Shown here one piece after another: positions 9,384 to 20,700 of a stretch of DNA of 64,000 nucleotides. The stretch is from Patescibacteria group bacterium. Its GTDB lineage: Bacteria > Patescibacteriota > Patescibacteriia > UBA2591 > UBA6264. Each line of letters opens with the position of its first letter. Position 1 is the first letter of the stretch. A program made the position numbers and the translations under genes. The stretch lies in NCBI GenBank assembly GCA_016784145.1, contig JADHVF010000002.1, forward strand, positions 9,102-73,101, read 5' to 3'. The notes under the pieces are model-generated. The model saw nothing but the letters and a program-made list of their open reading frames with translations. It was not told the DNA's origin and searched no databases.

Positions 9384-10602
9384 ATGGGTATATATAGCCA
9401 AGCACTCGCCAGCTGTCAAGTTTGTATTTTCTATGAGTTACTTTCCAGGCGCCCTTAAAGTTCATTTCTGAAAAATAAACATATTTATCATCAAATGACT
9501 CAACATAAGCAACATGTCCATATATTCTGGCTGCCCAGCCAGATTCTTTTAATAAAATAATTGCTCCTTTTTTAGGAGTTGTCCCAATTTTAAATCCCTT
9601 ACTCCTGGCATTCCCCATCCAACTTTTGGCATGTCCAACCCAAGTAGTACAAACTCCAAGTTCAGTTGCCCATTTATAAGCAGCCCATGAAGTGCATTGT
9701 CCTGGATAAAATCGATGGCATTTTCTCTTTGAGCTATAGGCCCAAGTCTTATAGCTTGACGGGGTCTCAACTAGTCGAACATCTTCTTGGGTTGCTCTTG
9801 GAACAATTTTGCGTGGTTTTGGCTTTGGTTTTGGCTTGATGGCATTTGGAATAAGTATTTCGTCATTTATAAATATATCTCCAGAGTCAGCTAAATTATT
9901 AAACTCAATTATGATTTGGGATGATGTTTTATATTTTTTAGCAATTGTGTCTATGGTATCACCATTTTTTACTTTATGTCTTAATCCATTTATAGGCAGA
10001 ATCATTAATGTTTCGCCTGGTTTGATAAATCTAGCTGTATATAGGGTTAGATTATTTTCCCATAAAATTGAATCAACGCTGATGCCAAATTTTTCAGCAA
10101 TGCTTATTATGGTATCGGCTGATTGAACAATATATTTTTCAACTTTAGTTCTAGTTAATGGTTGGGACATATCTAAGTCAACTTCAGTTGAGATTAGTGC
10201 AGAGTTATTAAGAGATAGGATTAACTCAGGTGAATTGTTTTTCTCTCTAATGGCGGCTATTTTAAAGTCGGGTTCTGTTCCTGCTTTCACTGGTAATTTA
10301 ATTTCAGGCAATGTATTTTCAGTAATAATTTTTTGTTCTTTGTCTATAAAAGAAAAAAATAGACTATTGTTAAAAGAATTTTTATAAACTTCATTAACCT
10401 CTGAATAAGAAAACATTGAAAAAATAAAAATAATTCCAAGAATTAATATTTTCTTGGAAAAAATTGTGTTTATATTATGCCTTGTTAATGCTTGATGAAT
10501 ATAAACAAATGTCAAAACAACAGTATGTCCTATTCTTTTTAAGACATTGTCTTGATTAGATAGAAATTTGGTGCTATTATCTACAATGGTTTTTGTTTTC
10601 AT
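9379..10602 (-). CDS. Secreted/membrane-anchored peptidoglycan hydrolase with 2x LysM and a C-terminal CHAP domain
   Basis: It has an N-terminal TM helix. There are two LysM-like segments (DTIISIAEKFGISVDSILWENNL; DTIDTIAKKYKTSSQIIIEFNNL). The C-terminal CHAP region includes CTSWAAYKW...GHVAYVE, supplying the catalytic Cys and His. Confidence 0.75.
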   Translation of the reverse strand: MKTKTIVDNSTKFLSNQDNVLKRIGHTVVLTFVYIHQALTRHNINTIFSKKILILGIIFIFSMFSYSEVNEVYKNSFNNSLFFSFIDKEQKIITENTLPEIKLPVKAGTEPDFKIAAIREKNNSPELILSLNNSALISTEVDLDMSQPLTRTKVEKYIVQSADTIISIAEKFGISVDSILWENNLTLYTARFIKPGETLMILPINGLRHKVKNGDTIDTIAKKYKTSSQIIIEFNNLADSGDIFINDEILIPNAIKPKPKPKPRKIVPRATQEDVRLVETPSSYKTWAYSSKRKCHRFYPGQCTSWAAYKWATELGVCTTWVGHAKSWMGNARSKGFKIGTTPKKGAIILLKESGWAARIYGHVAYVESFDDKYVYFSEMNFKGAWKVTHRKYKLDSWRVLGYIYPY

Positions 10603-10660
10603 AGCTAGTTCATATTATAAAACATATCTAATAATAATCAATATAAGTTATTAACATGTT

Positions 10661-13120
10661 ATGCAGAGATATAATTTTGAAAAAATAGAGAAAAAATGGC
10701 AAGCGGTTTGGGATAAGTTAAATATTTATAAAGCAGAGGACTTTAATACAGATAAACCCAAACAATATATTTTAGTTGAGTTTCCATATACATCTGGAGA
10801 TGGATTGCATGTTGGGCATGTACGAGGTTATACTGCTCTTGATATTTTAGCAAGAAAAAAACGAATGCAAGGAATTAATGTTTTATATCCAATGGGGTGG
10901 GATGCATTTGGTTTGCCAACCGAGAATTATGCTATTAAGTCAAAAATTCATCCCATGGAAATAACTGCTGCAAATGTAAAATTATTTAAAAGGCAACTAA
11001 AAAGCCTGGGCATGAGTTTTGATTGGTCAAGAGAAATCAATACCACTTCGCCAGCTTATTATAAGTGGACTCAATGGATATTTTCAAAATTGTTTATTAA
11101 TAAATTGGCTTACCAAGATAAAATTCCAATTAATTGGTGTTCAAAATGTAAAATTGGGCTCGCTAATGAAGAGGTGATAGCTGGCAAATGTGAAAGATGT
11201 GGGTCCATCACAGTCAAGAAAGAAAAAAAACAATGGATGCTTAAAATAACAAAATACGCTGACAGATTAATTAAAGATTTAGATGGAGTTAATTATTTAG
11301 ATAAAATAAAATCACAACAAATTAATTGGATAGGAAAAAGTAAAGGCACACAAGCAATATTTAAAATAGATAAACAAAACATAGACATAGAGGTTTTCAC
11401 AACTAGAATAGATACTATTTTTGGGGTCACATCTCTTGTGTTGGCTCCAGAACATAAAATAATTGGAAAACTGAAATCTCAGATTAAAAATTGGGATCAA
11501 GTTGCAAACTATATTAAACAGGCAAGTAAAAAAAGTGACTTAGAACGGACAGACCTTAATAAAACTAAAACAGGAGTTATTTTAAAAGGAGTTTTTGCTA
11601 TTAATCCAGTTAGTCAGAAAAAAGTACCAATTTGGATGGCTGATTATGTTATTTCCTCGTATGGTGGGGGAGCTGTGATGGTCGTCCCGGCTCATGATAA
11701 AAGAGATTATGTCTTTGCTAAAAAGCATAATATGGAAATCATAGAAGTTATTAAGGGGGGGGATGTTTTTAAACAAGCCTATACGGATTATGGAAATTTA
11801 ATAAATTCAGGAGAGTTTGATAAGTTGACATCTGTTCAAGCAATTAAGCAAATCACCAAATGGTTGGCAAAAAATAAAAAAGGAGGACCAATTATTAACT
11901 ACAAGCTAAGAGATTGGGTTTTTTCAAGACAACATTATTGGGGCGAGCCAATTCCAATTATCCATTGTGAAAAATGTAAAGCAGTTTTGGTTGATGAAAG
12001 AGATTTGCCAGTTATTTTGCCAAAAGTAAAAGAATACGAACCAACTGAAACAGGAGAATCTCCTTTGGCAAAAATTAAAGAATGGGTAAATGTTAAATGC
12101 CCTAAATGCAATGGGCCGGGCAAAAGAGAAACAGATACCATGCCAAATTGGGCTGGTTCAAGTTGGTATTTTTTAAGATATATTGACCCTAATAATGACA
12201 GTCAGTTAGCTGACTTTAAAAAGTTAAAATATTGGTTACCAGTTGATATTTATAATGGTGGCATGGAGCATACAACTTTACATTTGCTTTATTCTCGGTT
12301 TTGGCACAAATTTTTGTATGACATAGGCGTTGTTCCTTGCCAAGAGCCATATCAAGCCAGAATTTCACACGGAATGGTGTTAGGAGAAGGGGGAGTAAAA
12401 ATGAGTAAAAGTTTAGGCAATGTAATTAATCCAGACAATATTATTAAAAATCATGGCGCTGACGCATTAAGAGTATATGAAATGTTCATGGGGCCATTTG
12501 ACCAAGCAATTGCATGGGATTCAAAAACAATTGATGGCATTGATAGATTTTTAATGAAGATTATAAAGCTGACTCAATCAAATTTAGAAGATAGCCAAAT
12601 AAACTCAGATGAGCAAGTGATTAAAAATTTAGAGCAAATAAAACATCAAACAATTAAAAAAGTGAGTCAAGATATTGAGGACCTTAAGTTTAATACAGCT
12701 ATTGCTTGTTTAATGGAATATGTTAATAATCTTTTGGAATACAATAAACAAGACAATGTTTGTGGCTCAAAAGACATGATTGATTCTATTAAAATACTAA
12801 TATTATTAATGTCTGTTTTTGCTCCGCATTTGTCAGAAGATTTATGGCATAAAATAAATTCTGATATTTCAGACATAGATAGCATTTTTCAAGAACAATG
12901 GCCGAAACATGATTTAGAATTAGTAAAATCAAAACAAATAGATTTGATTATTCAGATTAATGGCAAGTTCAGGCATATTATAAAAGTAGATGCTGGCTTA
13001 TCAAAGCAAAAAGCAGGAAAATTAGCAAAGCAAGAAGCAAAAATTCAAAAATATTTAAAAAACAAGCAGGCAAGCAAAATAATATTTGTTCCAGATAAAA
13101 TAATTAACTTTGTTTTGTAA
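10661..13120 (+). CDS. leuS: Leucyl-tRNA synthetase
   Basis: The HIGH-region reads HVGHVRGY and the KMSKS motif is present (VKMSKSLGN). Other LeuS-specific blocks: PYTSGDGLHVGH, WDAFGLP. 819 aa. Confidence 0.95.
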   Translation: MQRYNFEKIEKKWQAVWDKLNIYKAEDFNTDKPKQYILVEFPYTSGDGLHVGHVRGYTALDILARKKRMQGINVLYPMGWDAFGLPTENYAIKSKIHPMEITAANVKLFKRQLKSLGMSFDWSREINTTSPAYYKWTQWIFSKLFINKLAYQDKIPINWCSKCKIGLANEEVIAGKCERCGSITVKKEKKQWMLKITKYADRLIKDLDGVNYLDKIKSQQINWIGKSKGTQAIFKIDKQNIDIEVFTTRIDTIFGVTSLVLAPEHKIIGKLKSQIKNWDQVANYIKQASKKSDLERTDLNKTKTGVILKGVFAINPVSQKKVPIWMADYVISSYGGGAVMVVPAHDKRDYVFAKKHNMEIIEVIKGGDVFKQAYTDYGNLINSGEFDKLTSVQAIKQITKWLAKNKKGGPIINYKLRDWVFSRQHYWGEPIPIIHCEKCKAVLVDERDLPVILPKVKEYEPTETGESPLAKIKEWVNVKCPKCNGPGKRETDTMPNWAGSSWYFLRYIDPNNDSQLADFKKLKYWLPVDIYNGGMEHTTLHLLYSRFWHKFLYDIGVVPCQEPYQARISHGMVLGEGGVKMSKSLGNVINPDNIIKNHGADALRVYEMFMGPFDQAIAWDSKTIDGIDRFLMKIIKLTQSNLEDSQINSDEQVIKNLEQIKHQTIKKVSQDIEDLKFNTAIACLMEYVNNLLEYNKQDNVCGSKDMIDSIKILILLMSVFAPHLSEDLWHKINSDISDIDSIFQEQWPKHDLELVKSKQIDLIIQINGKFRHIIKVDAGLSKQKAGKLAKQEAKIQKYLKNKQASKIIFVPDKIINFVL

Positions 13121-13151
13121 TTTTGCTGATTATTAATTATTATTTATCAAC

Positions 13152-14012
13152 ATGTCATTGTATAAACATACTAGAAATTTATTTTATACTAATAAATTTA
13201 AACCCTTGCGCAGGCGAGGGCAAAATTTTTTAATTAATGAAAAAATAGTAGTTAAAATTATAAAACAGGCAGACATAACATCCAAAGATATTGTTTTAGA
13301 AATCGGAGCCGGTACAGGCATTTTAACAAGCAAAATAGCAGACCATGCGAAAAAAGTTATGGCAGTAGAAATTGATAAAAACTTAATTCAGATTCTTGAA
13401 TCAGAAATAAAAAATTACAACAATATAGAAGTTATTTCTAATAGTATTTTGGACGAGAAATGTTGGGAAGAGATAATTAAAAAACAAGGCAAACAATATA
13501 AAATTATAGCCAACTTGCCATATAATATTACTGGGTTTGTTTTAAAAAAAATATTACTAGAGCCAATCAAGCCAGAGATAATTATAGTAATGCTCCAAAA
13601 AGAGGTTGTAGAAAGAATAGTGGCCAATCCCCCCAAAATGTCGTTTTTATCTGTTTTTGTCCAGTTTTGGGCTGATGTTCAAATTATTGCGAATGTAGGT
13701 AGGAATAATTTTTATCCAAAACCAAGTATTGATTCAATTATAATCAAATTATGTCCTTATTGTGATAAACATTGGCAATTAAAAAGTACGCCAGTAGAAT
13801 TTTTTAAGATAGTTAGAGCGGGATTCACTTCTCCTCGTAAATATTTACTTAACAATTTATTTAAATATGGTATTATAAGTAAAGAGCAAGGAGTAGATTT
13901 GTTTAAAAAAATTAAAATAAATCCAAAGATTAGAGCTCAAGAATTAGCAGTTTCTAAATGGATTGAATTAACCAATATATGTCTAAAAAAAACACAACTA
14001 AAAGACAGTTAA
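13152..14012 (+). CDS. rsmA: 16S rRNA (adenine1518/1519-N6)-dimethyltransferase
   Basis: RRRGQNFLINEKIV...LEIGAGTGILT is the conserved KsgA/RsmA N-terminal block plus the SAM-binding motif. Confidence 0.9.
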   Translation: MSLYKHTRNLFYTNKFKPLRRRGQNFLINEKIVVKIIKQADITSKDIVLEIGAGTGILTSKIADHAKKVMAVEIDKNLIQILESEIKNYNNIEVISNSILDEKCWEEIIKKQGKQYKIIANLPYNITGFVLKKILLEPIKPEIIIVMLQKEVVERIVANPPKMSFLSVFVQFWADVQIIANVGRNNFYPKPSIDSIIIKLCPYCDKHWQLKSTPVEFFKIVRAGFTSPRKYLLNNLFKYGIISKEQGVDLFKKIKINPKIRAQELAVSKWIELTNICLKKTQLKDS

Positions 14013-14695
14013 TATTTTTAAGCATCTTAACAATGCTTTTTGTTTTATTGGCCTATGTTCAGATAAAGGGAACTATTTTTTCTCCGTCTACTTGGGTTGA
14101 CCAATCAGAAGAAGCACAAGTAAAAAATATTAAAACACAAGCAATTATTAATCAAGATACTGACAGTGATGGCTTGCTTGACTTTGATGAACAATATACT
14201 TACAATACCTCAATTTATTTAGCAGACACTGATAGTGATGGAGTCACTGATAAAGATGAAATTGATATTGGTACAGACCCCTTGGACGCAATGTCGTTTT
14301 TAGGGGTAGTTAAAGAGAATCAAGATAAGAACGAAGAGGATACAATCATAGACATTTTGCCAACAGAACAAGATCAGTTAATTCAAAAAATTACAAATCA
14401 ACAAATAAGAGAGTTTTTGATTGACTCAATTGGAATAAACAAGGATGTTGTGAAAATGTTTGATGACAAAACTTTAATAAACTTGTATAATGAAGCTAAA
14501 CAAGAAACAGGTATTGATTTAGAAAACATAAATCAAGCCAAGCCATTTAGTCAAGGAGCTTCGGAACCTTCTGATTTAACTATTCCAGAACTTAGGCAAA
14601 TTTTAATAAATCAAGGAGTTGATGAGCAGATGTTAAATAAATTAGATGACAATATTTTGGAGACAATGTTTTTACAAACTCTTTTGACCCCTTAA
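13979..14695 (+). CDS. Secreted protein with thrombospondin-type-3-like Ca-binding repeats (DTDSDG)
   Basis: It starts with a signal-anchor (MSKKNTTKRQLIFLSILTMLFVLLA). Repeats DTDSDGLLDFDEQ and DTDSDGVTDKDEIDIGTDPLD follow. It overlaps the rsmA 3' end by 34 nt; an alternative start at 14030 is possible. Confidence 0.5.
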   Translation: MSKKNTTKRQLIFLSILTMLFVLLAYVQIKGTIFSPSTWVDQSEEAQVKNIKTQAIINQDTDSDGLLDFDEQYTYNTSIYLADTDSDGVTDKDEIDIGTDPLDAMSFLGVVKENQDKNEEDTIIDILPTEQDQLIQKITNQQIREFLIDSIGINKDVVKMFDDKTLINLYNEAKQETGIDLENINQAKPFSQGASEPSDLTIPELRQILINQGVDEQMLNKLDDNILETMFLQTLLTP

Positions 14696-14709
14696 TAATT
14701 TTTTAAATT

Positions 14710-17700
14710 ATGAATTCTCAAATGAAAAAAATATTTTTAATAATATTAGTGATTGTTTTTTGTTTTACTTTGTTTGCACCAAGACAAGTATTGGCCTTAG
14801 GAGATGAATGGGCGACAATAGGGCATTTTTTTTCTAGTGTAGGAGAGTATGTTTGGAAGATTGGTGAAGCATTATGGGAAGAAAGTAAACATCAGTTTAC
14901 GGCGGTTGTGTTTAAGCAAGGATTAAATCTTTATTTAGGCGAGATGGCTAGACAAAGCGCAGAATATGTTGCCACGGGAGGCAAGGGTCAAAAACCAGCC
15001 TTTATAAGCGACCCTACTTATTGGTCTAAGATGGGAGATAATTTATTAGGAACACTTGTTAATGAGGTGGCCCAAGAAGGGTTGGGAGTAAAAAGTTTAT
15101 GCGACCCGATTGACCCTACTATTAGATTTAATATGCTGGTATCGGTTGATACAAAATACAAGGAACAGCAATTTAAGGAAAACGAAATGGACATCTGTCC
15201 ATTAAGTAGAATTAACGAAAGAGTTAAAGAGGCCTCTAGTAAGAAGCTTTTTGAATTTTCAGCAGGTGTAAAAGAAGGAAAACCAAAAAAATTTAAAACC
15301 GATATAAAAGTTGCTATTGTTAATGACACAACCATAAACAAAGCAGATGGGAATTTTGTTTGTGATAAAAGAGGAAAACTTGTCTGGGGAATGTTAAAAT
15401 GTGAATGTAAAGAAAATTGCACTTCATCAAATTGTGATAATACTTGTTTTTCTGTCGATGAGAGGAACAATTTTGGCAGATGGGTAAATGATGGGGCTCA
15501 AGATTTATTAAATATTATTGACAAATTAAGCAATATTCAAGATGAATTTGAAAAAATTATTAATGCTTATGAATGTGCTGTTCAAGACAAGGATGGCAAT
15601 CCAGGTTGGTGCACTAAAAAACTTGAAGAAGTAGAACAAATAAGAAAAGATAAACAAGCAGAAAGAAACGAAAAATGTCCAAACCAAGATGACCCAGAAT
15701 ATTGCGATAAACTACAGGATGAAATAAATAATCTTGTTGAAAAATTTCTTTACATTGATAAATGGTCTAAAAACTATATTAGCATTGACAAATCTTTAAG
15801 AATTAAGAATGTAATAAAAGATTTAAAAAAATTAATTGATGAAACTCCTGATCCTACATCAGGACTAAAAAAAGGAGTTTGGGGACTAAAAAAAGAAAAC
15901 AAGGGATGGGAAATAGATTCATCAAAAGATAATGAGAATTATCTTGGTTGGTGGACAACTTATCCAGCTAAATGTGCTAAAGAAAGTTCAGATGATTTTT
16001 ATGCCTCAGAACATTGTCCTACTCTTTCTGCGTTAGCTTTTGGTAACGATTCAAACGAACATTATCAAGATGTAATTACTTATTCTAAAAGAATGAATAC
16101 TTATGCTAAAAAAATAGCAGATTGGTATGCCACTTTAGAAGACATGATTACAGAGACACACAAGGCGCTTGAAGAAGAAGAAGACCTTCCAGAGACAGAC
16201 CCATTAGACGAGGTTCGTAGAGTTACATCTTCAGAAGGAAGTGATATTGGGGCAACCATTAAAATGAAATCAGATTTTTTTGATAAACAAGCCAAAGCCA
16301 TGGAAGAATCTAAGTTTTTTCAGAACTTGCAAGGCAGGATGAACGATGTTAGTACTAATATTTCTGGAATAACTAAAACACCATCAATATATATTGATGA
16401 ATCAACCAGGACAGCTATTAAAGAAGGTTCGGCCACTTATAAACAATATACTGGAGCAGCTTTGGCAGATGCTTTCAATATTTTTTCTAGCACTTTAATG
16501 AAAAAACTGATGGAAAGAATTTTTGAAGAAGGGTTTAATCCAACTGTTGAAGCAGATAGAACCAAGCCATTTTTAGATAAAGGAGAAGATGAACCACCAG
16601 TTGTTCCAGACCTTGAAGATATTAGAGATGATTTTTCAGATCTAAAATCAGCTCCAATGCGCAAGGGTGGAAAAATGAGCATTTATGACGAATTTGCTGT
16701 TTGTTTGGATGATCCTTCGTATGAATTGCCAACTAATTGTTTGATTGATAGTAATATGATTGAGGCAATTGAAGGCAAAATGACTATTGGGGAGGCCTTG
16801 GATGAAAATTTGCTTAATCCTGGTGCTAGTGTTGGTAGTCCAGGAGATACTAGTAGTTTATTTAGTTATGCTAATCTTAAAAAATTAAGAAGATATAGAA
16901 TTTTTCCTTTAGGCATGGAAATAGCGGCTGAAAAAATATATAATCAAACCATGGGTGACCAGGAATATAAATTAAGATCAATTGTTAATGGATTTAATGT
17001 AGAAAATTCTATTGGCACCTGTTCAACAATTGACTTAAATGGGAGTTTTGAAACAGGGGAAAGTGTGCCAGGTAATTGGTTTTTGAATGATAGTGACGGG
17101 ACAGGAACAAGAGAAAGTGTAGATAATGAATATTATCACGGTTCTTTTTCTTATAAAATAAATTCAACACATACAGCAAATGCTTATTATGGAATCGGCC
17201 ATGAGCCTTATGACATTGAGCCAAACACCCAGTACACTGTTTCGGTAATGGTAAAAGCAGAGGCAATAAATACGGGCAGTTTTAATCTTTCTCTCCATTG
17301 TCACTCTGATTCTGGCGGAAACTTTAATTATACGACTGATGCTGGTGACACAAGCATTTCTTCTGCTAGCTCATCATGGGAACAGCTTTATAGAACTTTT
17401 ACAACTCACAATGATGCAACTGATTGCACCATGCTACTTATATTTAATAATGGTGGCACGGGCACTGTTTATGTTGACCAGGTAAATTTTGTAAAAGGCA
17501 ATAATATTCCTAATGATTACTCATGGGAATCTGCCTCGCCTTTTTGTCATTTAGTTGACCCTGACTGGGTATTAAAGGCCTCTACTTATCAGTGTGATTT
17601 AATGGGCTATTCAGCTATTCCATTAAAAAATAGCAACCAAAGACAAGAAACTTGTGTTGACTTAAAGGATTGCATACACGAAGACCAGGATGGCAATTGT

Positions 17701-20700
17701 GATACTTGGGCATATTGTACTAGAGAGAAAAATGTTTGGCAGTTTAATGGAACTGCTTGTGACAAACAATATGCTTCTTGTGAAACATATGTTCGTTTGT
17801 CAGATAAAAAACAGGCCTTTTATGTTAGCAATACAATAGATTTTGAAACTTGTACGGAAAATGACAATGGTTGTAATTGGTATTGTTCTGTTTGGGACAA
17901 TGATATTGGGTCTGATGGAAAATGGGCTTGCGTAGAGCCAGGTAGTTCATCTTATCCAGATGGCAAGAGTGATTATTCTCAATATGATGATGACAATGCA
18001 ATATTTTTTAATTTAAAAGCAGAAGATTGTAAAATTGAAGAACAGGGTTGTAATGAATACATTAAATTAGGAGAAAATATAAATTTAATTCCAAATAGTG
18101 GGTTTGAACTTGACAAGAATGCTGATGATATTGCTGATGGATGGATAGAAAAGTGGGAAGGAGACGAAGTTCTTACTGAGGATGCAGCTTTTGATGGATT
18201 ATTTGGTTATGAGTTTGTCCATTCTAATGGAGATGATATGGGGGATTATACAGGAGCATGGCAAAGAGTTTCTGTATTACCAGGGCAAAAATATACTATT
18301 TCTGCTAAAATAAAAATAATCACTCCTGTCACGGGGACTGGTTCGACTGCCACTGTTAATTATTATTGGGATGAAGACGGAGACAATTATGACATTGGCA
18401 ATAAAGGAGAGACAATAATTATACTTGATTACCTTGATGAATGGCAAGAACATTCTCAAACAGTAGTTGCTCCTGATAACATGAATTATGTCTGGATTGC
18501 TCCTATTATGTATGGCAATGGCAAGGTTTATTTTGACAATATTCAACTAGAATATGGAGCATTGTCTTCGGCTTATAAAGAGTATGGTTCAGGAGTTAAG
18601 GAGTATTTTAAGACAATTCCCAAGCAAAGACAATGGGTAGAAGATGGTAATGGCAATTGGGATTGGGAATGGAAAACATGCAGTGTTTATGATGAGGCAG
18701 ATAATTTGGATTGTGATGGCTATGCCCAGCAATGCGATGCCAAAGATATTGGTTGCGAGATTTACACTAATATAAGTAATAATGTTTCTTTCTCGGCCGT
18801 AAAAAGAGGAGAAGATGAATGTGCTCCTGAGTGTGTTGGGTATGAAACATTTAGGCAAATACCAACCAATTTTGATATTAATGTTGATTGGAAAAGCTTT
18901 ATCCCATCAACGGCCCAGGGATGTTATGTGCCAGGGTGTGAAGAGTTTACTAATTTAGATACACTGAATCAGGGCGGAGAAGGGACGGAATATTATTCTT
19001 ATTTAAGACAATGTGTAAAAACAGATGAACAAGCAAGGGCAATTATTGATAGTAATTCAGACGAGATAATGCCACCAGATTCTGATACTTGCGGGTATTT
19101 TTATACTTGGATTGGGTCTGAAACAAGTGGCTTTCAGTTAAAAAAATATTATCTAAAAATTGACACTGACAATGGTCCGGAAAAAGTTTCAACCTCTCCT
19201 CCAAGTTCTTGGGGAAATTGTTGGAACGAAGACCATGCAGCCACTAATCCTTATTGCAAGCAGTTTTATAATGAGGCAGGGCAAATTTATTATAGATTAT
19301 ATAAAAATACCATTACTTGTTCGGAAGAATGTTATCCATTCAGACGAAGTATTAATCAAGCCATTTACATGGCTATGCCGTCACAAGGAGAAATGTGTAG
19401 TTCTCAAAACAATGGTTGCAAGGAATACAAAGGGCCTTTAGCAGGTGATATTAATTCTGTTTTTTCAGATGATTTTACAGCTGGTACGGGGCAATGGACT
19501 ACTGGTGACCTTTCTTCAGAAACAGATAATTTTTCCGGTTATTCTTTAAAAAATAATGGAGCCGGAGAACTAAAGCGTTCAGTGGCTGGCTTGACTCAAA
19601 AAGATAAAATTTATTTTGTATCTTTTTGGATTAAAACAGCATCAAGTGATCCCATAGAGGTTTATTTTACTTCAACTGATAGAATAGAGCAAAATATTAG
19701 TTTAGTTAATGAGTGGCAGAATATGAGGTTTGGGCCATTCTATTTTTCAACTACTCCATCTAATGATGAAAAACTTAATATTTTCGCAACTAGTGATTTT
19801 TATATTGACAATGTTATTTTAGAGCAAATCGATGATAATATTTATTTGATAAATGATTCATGGTCAACTCAGGGTTCTTGTGATATTGATTATCAGGGAA
19901 ATTATAGCCAGGGATATATGATTGGTTGTGCTAAATATGTTGATACTAATAATGATGAGCATTATTTCAAACAATTTAGTAAAATGTGCCCTGAACAAGC
20001 AGTTGGTTGTGCGGGTTATATTAATACTCAAAATTATTCATATCCATTTGAATGGCAATTTAATCAAGCAGGAGCAGATAATGATGAAATAACAATTTTA
20101 GCAGACAAGACAGAGTATTATGTTGTTGAAAAAGAAAACTATTGTCATGAAAACAATAAAGGGTGTGAAAGATTAGGCCTGCCAGAAATCGAAGATGATG
20201 GGTCTATTAGTATGTGGTCAGATGTTTTTATTAAAAATAATCCTGATAACTATAAATCCAAGAGCATGGTTTTATGTGATGTTGACGGGGTTGGGTGTGA
20301 AGCATATTCTGATAATTATTATTTCAAAGACCCAATCAAGCAAGCAAAACTATGTGAATACAAAACCAAAACAATTAATGGAAATAATCAATCAGGCTGG
20401 TTTAAAAAAGACACAGACCAAGCTTGTTATTACGAAAATACGGGACCATACATAATAGATGACCTTACTTATGGCATTTATTTTCCAGGTCAAGAAAATT
20501 ATGATAATTATGTTGGTATTTGTCCAAAGAAACAAGTTGGGTGTACTGAATTTGTTGACCCTGGTTGGGGTGGCGGAACAAAGAATTTAATAAATAATAG
20601 TGACTTTGCTAACGAAGATGTTGGATATGATGACGATAATCATCCAGATGGTTGGTTTGATAGTTTTAATAATAATCCAAGTTGGCAAGTTGAAGTTGTT

